Notes: generated by a model from the letters alone, not told the origin. A stretch of DNA of 32,000 nt from an uncultured Actinomycetes bacterium (GCA_963843975.1 CAWJMG010000003.1:2310001-2342000), one strand, 5' to 3'. Positions 23,462-31,954 are shown, counted from the first letter of the stretch. Program-made: numbers and translations.

Positions 23462-24958
23462 GTGCAGCACGCACGCCACTCGGCGGAGACGCGAGGGCGC
23501 CACCAGGCGACCCCCGGTCGCGGACTGCACGAGCGCGTCCACGCGCCGCGGCACGCGGCGGCCAGCCGTCGTCCGGTCGGCACCGTCCCCGTCGTCGTCT
23601 GCCTCACCGCCCTCGGGCTCGCGATCGTGGCGGCGCCCGTGCTGCGCGACGGAGGCGCAGAGGCCGCCCGCGCCCTCGGATTCACGCACCCGCTCCTCGG
23701 GACACCGTCCAGCGGCCGGTCGGGTGGCGGCACCCCGGGAGCCGTCAACACCGTCATCGACCCCGTCACTGGCAAGGCCCGGCAGGTCGACGCCGGCGCG
23801 GACCCGATCCAGGTGACCACCTCCGAGACCGGCGCCGTCATCGTGACCGGGCTCGACGTGCCGATCGACGCCGCGCGCGTGTCGGCGCTGACGCCGTGGT
23901 TCCCACCGGTGGACGCGCACGGCACGCCGACGTCGTCCACCAGCACCGGGGCGTCGAGCAGCGACGTGCCCGTCGAGATCCCACCGGTCCCGGTCGAGTG
24001 GACGTCGTCGCCGACCCCGCCACCCACGCAGGACCCGACCCCCGAGCCGACGCCGACCTTCGATCCGGCCACGCCGTCGCCCGAGCTCACCCCCGGTCCG
24101 ACGCCTGAGCCGACGACGCCCGACCCCACGACGCCGATCCCGGTCCCGACGACATCGGCTCCGTACACGCCTCCCCCCTACACGCCGCCGCCCGCGAGCA
24201 CCTCCGCGCTGCGCTTCTCCCCGCCCGCGCTGAGCAACCCGCTCGTCGTCGCCTTCCCCGAGGGCTCGGCCAGGCTCACGCTCGACGTCAATCGCGACTA
24301 CGTCGTGACGCTGCCCGCCGACCGGCCGCTGCGGAACGCGCTCGGCCTCACCATCGTCGGCGGCCGCAACGTCGTGATCATCGGCGGCACAGTGGATGTC
24401 GGCGACGGCGACGCCGGGATAAGGCGCGGCATGTACCTCAAGGACGCGACGCCGAACGGCACGACGTACGTCGAGGGCGTGCGCTTCATCTCCTCGACGA
24501 CGAATGCGCTCACCGAGGGGATCGACATCGCCTCACCGGGGGCGAAGGTCGTGCTGCAGAACATCGCGATCAACGGCACGCTCACCGGCTCGTACGCCAC
24601 GAACCACGCCGACATCATCCAGGCGTGGGCCGGCCCCGCGGTCCTGCAGGTGGACGGCCTGTCGGCGAGCACGCACTACCAGGGCATGTTCCTGCTGCCG
24701 AACCAGCACGACAGCGCCCCGGTCTACGACTGGTCGCTGAACCGTATGTCGATCACCGGCGACGGCGTCTACCTCGCCTGGCGCGACGGCGGGTCGTACT
24801 CCATCCGTACCAGCGACATCTACGTCTCGGGCTCGAGAATCAGCAACGGCGGGCTCTGGCCCAGCGCCGGTGCCTGGCCCGGAGTGACCGTCGGGCGCGC
24901 CCCCGAGGCGTACGGCCAGAGCGCAGGCCTCGGCTACACCTCGCCCGGTTACGTGTAG
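23462..24958 (+). CDS. Membrane-anchored or secreted protein with a P/T-rich linker and a C-terminal right-handed beta-helix-like domain; unknown function
   Basis: N-terminal TM or signal anchor VPVVVCLTALGLAIVAAPVL. The linker reads PTPPPTQDPTPEPTPTFDPATPSPELTPGPTPEPTTPDPTTP. The C-terminal ~240 aa contain short repeated beta-strand motifs (LTIVGGRNVVIIGGTV, VVLQNIAINGT, MSITGDG). Confidence 0.7.
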   Translation: MQHARHSAETRGRHQATPGRGLHERVHAPRHAAASRRPVGTVPVVVCLTALGLAIVAAPVLRDGGAEAARALGFTHPLLGTPSSGRSGGGTPGAVNTVIDPVTGKARQVDAGADPIQVTTSETGAVIVTGLDVPIDAARVSALTPWFPPVDAHGTPTSSTSTGASSSDVPVEIPPVPVEWTSSPTPPPTQDPTPEPTPTFDPATPSPELTPGPTPEPTTPDPTTPIPVPTTSAPYTPPPYTPPPASTSALRFSPPALSNPLVVAFPEGSARLTLDVNRDYVVTLPADRPLRNALGLTIVGGRNVVIIGGTVDVGDGDAGIRRGMYLKDATPNGTTYVEGVRFISSTTNALTEGIDIASPGAKVVLQNIAINGTLTGSYATNHADIIQAWAGPAVLQVDGLSASTHYQGMFLLPNQHDSAPVYDWSLNRMSITGDGVYLAWRDGGSYSIRTSDIYVSGSRISNGGLWPSAGAWPGVTVGRAPEAYGQSAGLGYTSPGYV

Positions 24959-24966
24959 GGATTCGA

Positions 24967-24982
24967 ACGAGCTCGGAGCCGG
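24967..24982. repeat. Left copy of the 16-bp direct repeat ACGAGCTCGGAGCCGG flanking the IS pile
   Basis: Identical to 28893-28908 and immediately followed by the IS481-type end TGTAGGCC. Confidence 0.9.
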
Positions 24983-25047
24983 TGTAGGCCTTCGGGTGAT
25001 GCTTGACGGAGCTAGGTCGGTTGATCCTTGACACTCCGTTCCTGTAT

Positions 25048-26226
25048 TCAACGCCGGGGACTGGTTCCCGCGGCGCGCTTCTTGCGGATCGGTCGGGGGT
25101 CGGTGCGGGCGGCGGCCTTCACGAGTTGGTCACCGATCCAGAACTGCAGCAGGCCCTCGCTGACCAGGACGTCGCAGTGCGAGCCGGAGAAGTTCTTCCC
25201 GACGCTGACCTGCTGCGCCCCGACGCAGACGACCCCGTTCGCGGTCACCTTGCGCGCCACCCACTCCTGACCGGCGGCGGACTCCCGTGCCGGACGTTCC
25301 ATCACCGCCCGCGGCCGCGGTGCCCGCTCACCGTGGAACCGGGCCGCCGGCGTCGCGTCGTCCAGGGACTGATGCGGGCGCTCGTCGTTGTAGTAGGCCA
25401 CCCACTCGTCCAACGCCCCCTGCGCCAGTGCCAACGACCCGAACACCTGGCTGGTGTCCAGCTCCAGGCGCAGGGTCCGGTGGAACCGCTCCACCTTCCC
25501 TGTCGTGGTCGGCGACCGGGGCGCGGTCAGCAGATGCTCCACCCCGTTCTCCCGACAGATCCGGTCGAACAGCACCTCCACCGGCGGGTGATGGAACCGG
25601 CCCGTGAACACCTTCCCGTTGTCGGTCAGGATCTGCTCCGGGACACCATGAGCGCGCATCGCCGCCGCCAACCCGTCACACACCGCCTGCGTGCGCTCCC
25701 GCGGCATCAACCGCGCCGACACGCAGAACCTCGAGTGGTCATCGACCCCGGTCAGAGCCTTGGCCGTGGACCCGTCCGCGAGATGGAACCCACCCACCAC
25801 ATCCATCTGCCACAGCTCCATCGGCGCGGCCCGCTCCCACCGCTTGAACGCCTCGCTGCGACGCTGGCGACGCACCGGCGCGATCACCCCCGCCCGCACC
25901 AGGCACCGGTAGACCGCCGACTCGCTCGGCACCGGATCCACCCCCGCCCGCACCAACTCGACCAGGATCCGCCGCGGACCCCAGAACGGATGCACCCGCC
26001 GCATCTCCAGCACCCGCGCCTCGACCGACGCCGGCATCTGATGCGGACACCCCACCGGACGATGCGAACGATCGACCAGGCCCTCCAGGCCCTCGACCTC
26101 ATAGCGCGCCAGCCACGCATGCAGCGTCTGCCGGGACACCTTCCACTGCGCGGCCACCTCGGTGACCGACCGGCCCTCCGCGATCACCGCCAGAACGGCC
26201 TGATACCGCTGCTCAGCCACACTCAT
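25048..26226 (-). CDS. IS481-family DDE transposase
   Basis: The sequence reads MSVAEQRYQAVLAVIAEGRSVTEVAAQWKVSRQTLHAWLARY..., WQMDV, TDNGKVFTG and YNDERPHQSL, i.e. an rve-type integrase core. Confidence 0.9.
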   Translation of the reverse strand: MSVAEQRYQAVLAVIAEGRSVTEVAAQWKVSRQTLHAWLARYEVEGLEGLVDRSHRPVGCPHQMPASVEARVLEMRRVHPFWGPRRILVELVRAGVDPVPSESAVYRCLVRAGVIAPVRRQRRSEAFKRWERAAPMELWQMDVVGGFHLADGSTAKALTGVDDHSRFCVSARLMPRERTQAVCDGLAAAMRAHGVPEQILTDNGKVFTGRFHHPPVEVLFDRICRENGVEHLLTAPRSPTTTGKVERFHRTLRLELDTSQVFGSLALAQGALDEWVAYYNDERPHQSLDDATPAARFHGERAPRPRAVMERPARESAAGQEWVARKVTANGVVCVGAQQVSVGKNFSGSHCDVLVSEGLLQFWIGDQLVKAAARTDPRPIRKKRAAGTSPRR

Positions 26227-26421
26227 CTCCCTCATACAAGGGAGTGTCAAGAATCAGCCGAAGTAGCTGTCAACCATCAGCCGAAGACATGTAAAGCCTC
26301 AGCCGAAACCCAACTGTCAGGCATCAACCGAGGGGCGTTCTCAACTGGTAGTTGCACGTGGTCTTGTGCAGCTTGGAGGTTGGGATGCCTGGAGCGAGGT
26401 TGACCGAGCACGACCGTGGGG

Positions 26422-27858
26422 GGTCACGTCCCGTCGAGTGGTGTAACTCCGGGCCTGCCTCCTGAGCGTTGAGGGGCCATCGTGTGAGGCTTCGTGAGAA
26501 CCCGCCAAGGAACTCGCGAAGGGAACACACACGATGGCCCTGTCCCAGTCTGCCCTGCTCGACCTGCTCTCTGCTCTGGACGCCGCTGATGGCGTGGAGC
26601 GGGTCCGGCTGTCGTTGCAGCGGATGTATCAGGAGTTGATCGAGGCCGAGGCCACCGAGCACATCGGCGCCGGTCCGCACGAGCGCACCGATGCCCGGGT
26701 CGTGCAGCGCAACGGGCACCGGCCGCGGACGTTGTCCACGACCGCGGGGGATCTGGAGCTGGCGATCCCCAAGCTGCGGGCGGGGTCGTTCTTCCCCAGC
26801 CTGCTCGAGCGCCGCCGCCGGGTCGATCAGGCGTTGTTCGCGGTCGTGATGGAGGCCTACGTCACCGGCACGAGCGTTCGCAAGGTCGACGACCTGGTGA
26901 AGGCGTTGGGCGCGGACTCGGGGATCTCCAAGTCCGAGGTGTCGCGGATCTGCGCCGACCTCGATGCGGAGGTCGCCGCGTTCGCCGACCGGGACCTGTC
27001 CGAGCAGGCGTTCCCCTACGTCTTCCTCGACGCGACCTACTGCAAGGCCCGCATCGGTGGCGGGAAGGGCGGCAAGGGATCGCGGGTGGCGTCCCAGGCG
27101 GTCGTGGTCGCCACCGGCGTGAGCGCGGACGGGAGAAGGGAAGTCCTCGGGTTTGCCGTCGGAGACTCCGAGGACGGGGCGTTCTGGACCGCGTTCCTGC
27201 GCTCGCTCAAGGCCCGCGGCCTGCACGGCACCGCGCTGGTCATCTCCGACGCCCACACCGGTCTGAAGGCCGCGATCGCGGCGGTGATGATCGGCTCGTC
27301 CTGGCAGCGGTGCCGGGTCCACTTCCTGCGCAACGTCCTGGCCGCTGTCCCCAAGGCGTCCGGGGAGATGGTCGCCGCGGCGATCCGCACGATCTTCGCC
27401 CAGCCCGACGCCGAGCATGTCCGCGACCAGCTCGACGTCATCGCCGCCATGCTGGGCCGCCAGTTCCCCAAGGTCGAGGAGATGCTGCGCGAGGCCGCTG
27501 ACGACCTGACCGCGTTCGCGGACTTCCCCGTCGCGCACTGGAAGAAGATCTGGTCGACCAACCCGTTGGAGCGGGTGAACAAGGAGATCAAGCGCCGCAC
27601 CGACGTCGTCGGGGTGTTCCCGAACCCGGCCGCGCTGCTGCGCCTGGCCGGCGCGGTCCTGATCGAGACCCACGACGAATGGCAGGTCTCCGACCGCCGC
27701 TACCTCTCCGAAGGATCCATGGCCCAGATCGGCGCCCTCACCACCGACTCGACCAAGGAGGTGGCGGTCCCCGAACTCATGGCCTCATGATCTGAACCAG
27801 CACCACCGCGAAGCCGATCACGACCGGCTCGAGTTACACCACACGGTGGGACGTGACC
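26422..27858 (+). mobile_element. IS256-family insertion sequence (1437 bp) with an 8-bp target-site duplication
   Basis: The left IR is GGTCACGTCCCGTCGAGTGGTGTAACTC (from 26422). The right IR, read as reverse complement from 27858, is GGTCACGTCCCACCGTGTGGTGTAACTC. The duplication CCGTGGGG occurs at 26414-26421 and 27859-27866. Confidence 0.9.
26534..27790 (+). CDS. IS256-family (mutator-type) transposase
   Basis: Motifs include ...HERTDARVVQRNGHRPRTLSTTAGDLELAIPKLRAGSFFPSLLERRRR..., VFLDATYCKAR, VISDAHTGLKAAI, WQRCRVHFLRN and STNPLERVNKEIKRRT. Confidence 0.95.
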   Translation: MALSQSALLDLLSALDAADGVERVRLSLQRMYQELIEAEATEHIGAGPHERTDARVVQRNGHRPRTLSTTAGDLELAIPKLRAGSFFPSLLERRRRVDQALFAVVMEAYVTGTSVRKVDDLVKALGADSGISKSEVSRICADLDAEVAAFADRDLSEQAFPYVFLDATYCKARIGGGKGGKGSRVASQAVVVATGVSADGRREVLGFAVGDSEDGAFWTAFLRSLKARGLHGTALVISDAHTGLKAAIAAVMIGSSWQRCRVHFLRNVLAAVPKASGEMVAAAIRTIFAQPDAEHVRDQLDVIAAMLGRQFPKVEEMLREAADDLTAFADFPVAHWKKIWSTNPLERVNKEIKRRTDVVGVFPNPAALLRLAGAVLIETHDEWQVSDRRYLSEGSMAQIGALTTDSTKEVAVPELMAS

Positions 27859-28892
27859 CCGTGGGGTGATCGAGCGGGCCATGCGGCAGGGGTTGTCTGT
27901 GCCGCAGATCGCCGAACTGGTGGGCAAGCACCGCACCACCGTGGCGCGTGAGTTGTCGCAAGGCTCTGGGTCGCGCCCCAATCGCAGGCCCAAGCATCCG
28001 GCGGGGTCGGCGCGCCGCGGGACCCGAGGACGCTCTGCGGTCTATCACGCCTGGGTCGCTCAGGCCCGGGCCACGGAGTCGGCTCGGCGGCCGAAGGGTT
28101 TCAAGCTCGCCGGGGACCTGGGGCTGGTGGTGTCGGGGCTGCTTCAGGCGAACTGGTCCCCGCAGCAGATTGCCCAGCGGTTGCCCGAGCTCTATCCCGA
28201 CCAGGACGGTATGAGGGTGAGCCACGAGACGATCTATCGGTCACTGTTCGTGCAGGCTCGCGGCGAGCTTCGCCGCGAGCTGGCCAAGCATCTGCGCACC
28301 GGGCGGACCAGCCGCAAGCCGCAGGGACGTAAGGAGACCCGCGGCAAGCTGGTCGGCACCATCCCGATCAGCGCTCGGCCGGCTGAGGCCGCTGACCGTG
28401 CCGTTCCGGGCCATTGGGAGGGCGACCTGCTGATGGGCGGGATCGGCAAGGGCGCTGTGATCACTCTGGTCGAGCGGTCGACCAGGTTCGTGCTGCTCGC
28501 TCCGCTGCCCGACACCCACAAGGCGATCGACCTCCAAGAGGTCCTCACCCCGTTGATCGCCTCACTGCCCGACCAGATCCGCAAGACCCTGACCTGGGAC
28601 CGGGGCAAGGAGATGGCCCAGCACGCGGCGATCGCCATCGAAGCGGACATCGACATCTACTTCGCCGACCCGCACTCACCCTGGCAACGAGGCAGCAACG
28701 AGAACACCAACGGGCTGCTGCGTCAGTACTGGCCCAAGGGCGCCGACATGCGCGGACTGACCCAGGCCGACTGCGACGCCGTCGCCCTCAGCCTCAACAC
28801 CCGACCGCGCATGACCCTGGACTGGAAGACTCCCCGCGAGGCCCTCACCGAGGTCCTCGGTGCAACAGCCGCTTGAGACCGCCAGGCAATAC

Positions 28893-28908
28893 ACGAGCTC
28901 GGAGCCGG
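28893..28908. repeat. Right copy of the 16-bp direct repeat; includes the last 6 nt of tRNA-Thr
   Basis: ACGAGCTCGGAGCCGG is identical to 24967-24982. Positions 28903-28908 are the tRNA 3' end. Confidence 0.9.
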
Positions 28909-28975
28909 CGAGGGGACTCGAACCCCTAACCCCCGCTTTACAAGAGCGGTGCGCTGCCAGTTGCGCCACGCCGGC
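28903..28975 (-). tRNA. tRNA-Thr (anticodon UGU), 73 nt, CCA not encoded
   Basis: A hand-folded cloverleaf fits. Acceptor GCCGGCG/CGCCGGC. D stem GCGC/GCGC. Anticodon stem CCGCT/AGCGG with loop CTTGTAA. T arm AGGGG-TTCGAGT-CCCCT. Confidence 0.9.
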
Positions 28976-29034
28976 GTGCGCCCTCGCGGACGCCGGACCA
29001 GGGTAGTCGCTCGATCCGGGCGCTCGACGCGCGC

Positions 29035-29709
29035 TCAGGCGGGGGCGAGCAGGACACCCAGTGCCACGAGCCAGATGGACCAGGCGATGTAGACGAACGG
29101 AGTGGCTGCCTCGGCCGCCCGCCAGCCGTGCTCGCCCGGCCGGGCCACGAACTCGAGCGAGCAGAGCACCAGCAGGACGCCGAGCGCGAGGCCCGAGAGG
29201 CCGAGCGCCAACGGCAGCGTCGTGGTGATCAGGCCGAGCCCGAGCGCGAACGTCCAGGCGCCGGTGAGCAGGTAGCCGAGGTGCTCGCCGATGGCGACGC
29301 CCAGCAGCCTGTTGAGCAGCGCGAGCTCCGACTCGAGGACGGCCTTGCCCGCGTCGTCGGCCTCCTCGTGCCGGCGGGCCAGCCACGGCACGACCTGCAC
29401 CCAGCGCACGAGGCCGAGCACCTGCACGAGCGCTGCCAGGACACCGAGCGTCGTGACGAGCTGGCCGGGACCGCCGGTCAGCCCGAGGGCGTCCGTGGTG
29501 AGGACCGCGAGCGGCACCATCAGCAGGGCCGAGAGCAGGAAGGCCCACCAGCGCACGGTGAGCGCGGCTCCGCCGTCGAGCACCCGTTGGAGCACCTCGG
29601 CCGCGGGGCGCCGCAGGACGTCGGGGTAGGAGAAGGTGCGACCGAGCTCGGCGAAGGCGAGGTTGAACAGGACCGGCACGGCGACGAGCAGGAAGACTGC
29701 GGCGTTCAT
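29035..29709 (-). CDS. Integral membrane protein, DUF4386-like (224 aa)
   Basis: ATG 29709 overlaps the upstream TGA (ATGA). There are six hydrophobic helices. The N-terminal FSYPDVLRRPAAEVLQRVLDGG motif is recalled from DUF4386-type proteins; this is a by-eye assignment. Confidence 0.6.
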   Translation of the reverse strand: MNAAVFLLVAVPVLFNLAFAELGRTFSYPDVLRRPAAEVLQRVLDGGAALTVRWWAFLLSALLMVPLAVLTTDALGLTGGPGQLVTTLGVLAALVQVLGLVRWVQVVPWLARRHEEADDAGKAVLESELALLNRLLGVAIGEHLGYLLTGAWTFALGLGLITTTLPLALGLSGLALGVLLVLCSLEFVARPGEHGWRAAEAATPFVYIAWSIWLVALGVLLAPA

Positions 29710-30233
29710 GCGGCCACCTCGACGGCCGCACGGCGGGAGGACGTCGCGAGCACGCCGGCCAGCGAGGCCGCGAACACGAGCGCACCGGATGCGCCGAAGA
29801 CGGCCCAGCCCTGCGTGAGATCGACACCCACCACTGCGGTGACCTGCCACGCGATCGTCCAGAGCAGCGACACGGCCACGGCCCAGCGGACCCGGAGCGA
29901 CGTCGGCATCAGGAACGACTGCGCCACACCGACGACGACGCCGACCACCGCGCCGATGGCGAGCAGGTCGCCCCGCTCGGTGCTGACGAGTCCCAGCGCC
30001 GTCGTCGCGGCAAGGCCGACGGAGACGGCGGCTGCAGTCACGACGATCCACCAGGCGCGGACGATCTCACGGAGCACCGCCCACTGGGCGAGACCGACGA
30101 CACCCCCGACGAGCGCGCCGCCGACCAGCCCCGCGACGACCGAGTCGACCGGGCCGACGACCGCGCGGGCCACGAGGCCGGCCGGCGGGAACGCCAGGAA
30201 CGTCAGGGTGAAGAGCCAGGGCCTGCTGATCAT
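29706..30233 (-). CDS. Integral membrane protein (175 aa), unknown function
   Basis: From ATG 30233 the sequence is MISRPWLFTLTFLAFPPAG... with about 6 Gly/Val/Ala-rich helices. It is translationally coupled to the downstream gene. Confidence 0.6.
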   Translation of the reverse strand: MISRPWLFTLTFLAFPPAGLVARAVVGPVDSVVAGLVGGALVGGVVGLAQWAVLREIVRAWWIVVTAAAVSVGLAATTALGLVSTERGDLLAIGAVVGVVVGVAQSFLMPTSLRVRWAVAVSLLWTIAWQVTAVVGVDLTQGWAVFGASGALVFAASLAGVLATSSRRAAVEVAA

Positions 30234-30254
30234 GTCGAGCTCCTTCGAATTCGA

Positions 30255-30271
30255 TGTGTACGGCGTACACA
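30255..30271. promoter_or_regulatory. Candidate TetR operator 1 (perfect 7-3-7 palindrome)
   Basis: TGTGTAC-GGC-GTACACA lies in the 74-bp divergent intergenic region. Confidence 0.6.
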
Positions 30272-30291
30272 TTCACCTGCGGCGAGTGTGA

Positions 30292-30308
30292 GGTGTACGG
30301 TGTACACA
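30292..30308. promoter_or_regulatory. Candidate TetR operator 2 (near-perfect copy, overlaps the TetR ATG)
   Basis: GGTGTAC-GGT-GTACACA is a 6-3-6 perfect palindrome, 37 bp from operator 1. Confidence 0.55.
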
Positions 30309-30949
30309 TGTCAAGCGCACCCCGGAAGACGAGGCCCACGCTGACGCGCGAGCGCGTCCTCGACGAGGCCTGGGAGCTCATCCGCGCCGAGGGCACCGAC
30401 GGGCTGTCGATGCGCGCCCTGTCGCAGCGGCTCGGAGTCGTCCCGATGGCGCTGTACCGGCACGTGCAGGACAAGGACGACCTGCTCGACGGACTGCTCG
30501 ACCGGCTCACCGCGCGCGTGCCGATCCCCGGACCTCGGGTGGCACCACGCACGGCCGTCGAGCGCATCGCGCGCGGCATCCGGGACGAGGTCGTCGACAA
30601 CCCGGCCCTGGTGCCGGCCCTCGTCCTGCGGCCGTCGCTCGGACCCAGCGCCTACCGCATGGGCGAGCGCGTGCTGGGCGCGTTCGTCGCGCTCGGCCTC
30701 GAGGTGGACGACGCCGTCCGCGCGTGGAACGCCGTGTCGGTCTACGCGCTCGGGTTCGGCGTCTTCGCCGCCCCGCGCCGCGTCGACGGCGGGTTCCCCG
30801 GGAGCCTCGGCGCGTTCGCGGAGCGGGTCGCGCCCGACGCCGAGACCCTCGCTGCCGCAAGCGATGTCGGCCGGACCGAGTGGGTCAGCGACGCCCAGTT
30901 CGACCTCGGCCTGCGCGCTCTGCTCGACGGCCTGCTGGCCGAGGCCTGA
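30308..30949 (+). CDS. TetR-family transcriptional regulator
   Basis: The N-terminal HTH reads TRERVLDEAWELIRAEGTDGLSMRALSQRLGVVPMALYRHVQDKDDLL. ATG 30308 is preferred over the track start at 30254. Confidence 0.85.
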   Translation: MSSAPRKTRPTLTRERVLDEAWELIRAEGTDGLSMRALSQRLGVVPMALYRHVQDKDDLLDGLLDRLTARVPIPGPRVAPRTAVERIARGIRDEVVDNPALVPALVLRPSLGPSAYRMGERVLGAFVALGLEVDDAVRAWNAVSVYALGFGVFAAPRRVDGGFPGSLGAFAERVAPDAETLAAASDVGRTEWVSDAQFDLGLRALLDGLLAEA

Positions 30950-31048
30950 GCGCCCGGGCCGGGATCATCTGCAACTCGGGGGTTGCACTCTCCGGACCAG
31001 AGTGCAATCGTACGGTTGCAGGTGGCCGCGACGCGGCCCGACGAGAGG

Positions 31049-31534
31049 ATGACCATGACCGTCCAGCACAGCCAGCCGTCCGTCATCGACGCCGCGGCGT
31101 TCACCGTCCGGCGCACGATCTCTATCGCCGCCCCCGTCGAGAAGGTCTGGGCAGCGGTCACGGAGCCCGAGCACATCTCGCGCTGGTTCGGGAAGGCCAC
31201 CTTCGACGGGTCGGGCGCCGGCGCGATCGGCACGCTCTTCTGGGAGGGCTACGGCGCTGTTCCGGTGCGCATCGAGGAGATCGATCCGCTGCGGCTCGTC
31301 TCCTACCGCTGGAGCAACGACGACGCGGCGGGCAGCCTGCCAGCGGCCGTCGACGAGGCCACCTCGACGGTGTTCACGTTCACGCTCGAGCCGACGGCCG
31401 ACGGCACGCAGCTCACGGTCGTGGAGACGGGCTTCGACCGCACGTCCGACCCGATGGGCAACCTCGAGAGCCACCGCGAGGGCTGGGACGGCGAGCTCGA
31501 CAAGCTGATCGCGCTCGTCGAGGCCGCGGCGTGA
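31049..31534 (+). CDS. SRPBCC/AHSA1-like (Aha1 domain) protein
   Basis: Motifs include FTVRRTISIAAPVEKVWAAVTEPEHISRWF... and SHREGWDGELDKL. The start may instead be ATG 31055, which has better spacing from GAGAGGA. Confidence 0.75.
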   Translation: MTMTVQHSQPSVIDAAAFTVRRTISIAAPVEKVWAAVTEPEHISRWFGKATFDGSGAGAIGTLFWEGYGAVPVRIEEIDPLRLVSYRWSNDDAAGSLPAAVDEATSTVFTFTLEPTADGTQLTVVETGFDRTSDPMGNLESHREGWDGELDKLIALVEAAA

Positions 31535-31845
31535 CTCCAACCCTCGTCCCCGTGTTCGCCGCCCTCGGCGACGAGACGCGCTGGAGCATCCTCGCGGCGC
31601 TGGGCGAGGGCGAGGCCTCGGCGTCGGCGCTCGCCGGCCGTCTGCCGGTGTCCCGCCAGGCGATCGCCCGGCACCTTGCCGTGCTGCACGAGGTCGGTCT
31701 CGTCGAGCCGGTGCGGTCCGGCCGCGAGGTGCAGTACCGCGTGCTCGGCAGCAGGCTCAGCGCCACGGCCCGGCGGCTCGACGCGCTCGGCGCCGAGTGG
31801 GACCGCCGCCTCGCCGCCATCAAGGACCTCGCCGAGGGGCTCTAG
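31531..31845 (+). CDS. ArsR/SmtB-family transcriptional regulator
   Basis: GTG 31531 overlaps the upstream TGA (GTGA). The winged HTH reads FAALGDETRWSILAALGEGEASASALAGRLPVSRQAIARHLAVLHEVGLV. Confidence 0.8.
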   Translation: MTPTLVPVFAALGDETRWSILAALGEGEASASALAGRLPVSRQAIARHLAVLHEVGLVEPVRSGREVQYRVLGSRLSATARRLDALGAEWDRRLAAIKDLAEGL

Positions 31846-31849
31846 ACGC

Positions 31850-31879
31850 CGACGGGGCCGGCGCGCAGGCCGGCCCCGT
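31850..31879 (+). terminator. Hairpin terminator after the ArsR-family gene
   Basis: Perfect 12-bp stem GACGGGGCCGGC / GCCGGCCCCGTC with a 6-nt loop, starting 5 nt after the stop. There is no U-tract, which is common in high-GC actinobacteria. Confidence 0.55.
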
Positions 31880-31954
31880 CTCGTCACCCATCGGTCACCT
31901 GTCCTTCAGCCGCGGGCTGCACGCAGGTCGTGGCGGTACGAGGGGATAGGGCAC

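Larger units (their letters stand above)
26385..28876 (+). pseudogene. IS30-family transposase gene split by the IS256 insertion (codons 1-12 at 26385-26420; remainder 27866-28876)
   Basis: Removing 26422-27866 restores MPGARLTEHDRGVIERAMRQGLSVPQIAELVGKHRTTVARELSQ... in one frame. Downstream motifs include HWEGDLL, TWDRGKEM and PWQRGSNENTNGLLRQY. Confidence 0.85.
26334..28883 (+). mobile_element. IS30-family insertion sequence, itself interrupted by an IS256-family element
   Basis: The terminal inverted repeats match at 19 of 24 positions. They are GGCGTTCTCAACTGGTAGTTGCAC (26334-26357) and the reverse complement of 28860-28883, GGCGGTCTCAAGCGGCTGTTGCAC. A 3-bp direct repeat AGG flanks the element at 26331-26333 and 28884-28886. 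Confidence 0.7.
24983..28892 (-). mobile_element. IS481-family insertion sequence with an IS30/IS256 nest inserted in one end. Its own sequence is 24983-26333 plus 28887-28892, about 1.36 kb.
   Basis: The ends are similar. TGTAGGCCTTCGGGTGATGCTTGAC sits at 24983. The reverse complement of the reconstructed other end is GTATTGCCTCGGTTGATGCCTGAC. Subterminal CGGNTGATNNNTGAC repeats occur twice at the 24983 end and three times at the other end. The element is flanked by the 16-bp direct repeat. Confidence 0.7.

Noticed and set aside
24950-24982. GGATTCGAAC next to the left direct repeat as a tRNA remnant or second att half-site
   Set aside because: The flanking bases cannot form a T-stem (TAGGG versus CGAGC). 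The order of the T-loop-like and acceptor-like segments is wrong for a minus-strand tRNA. It is most simply native sequence downstream of tRNA-Thr.
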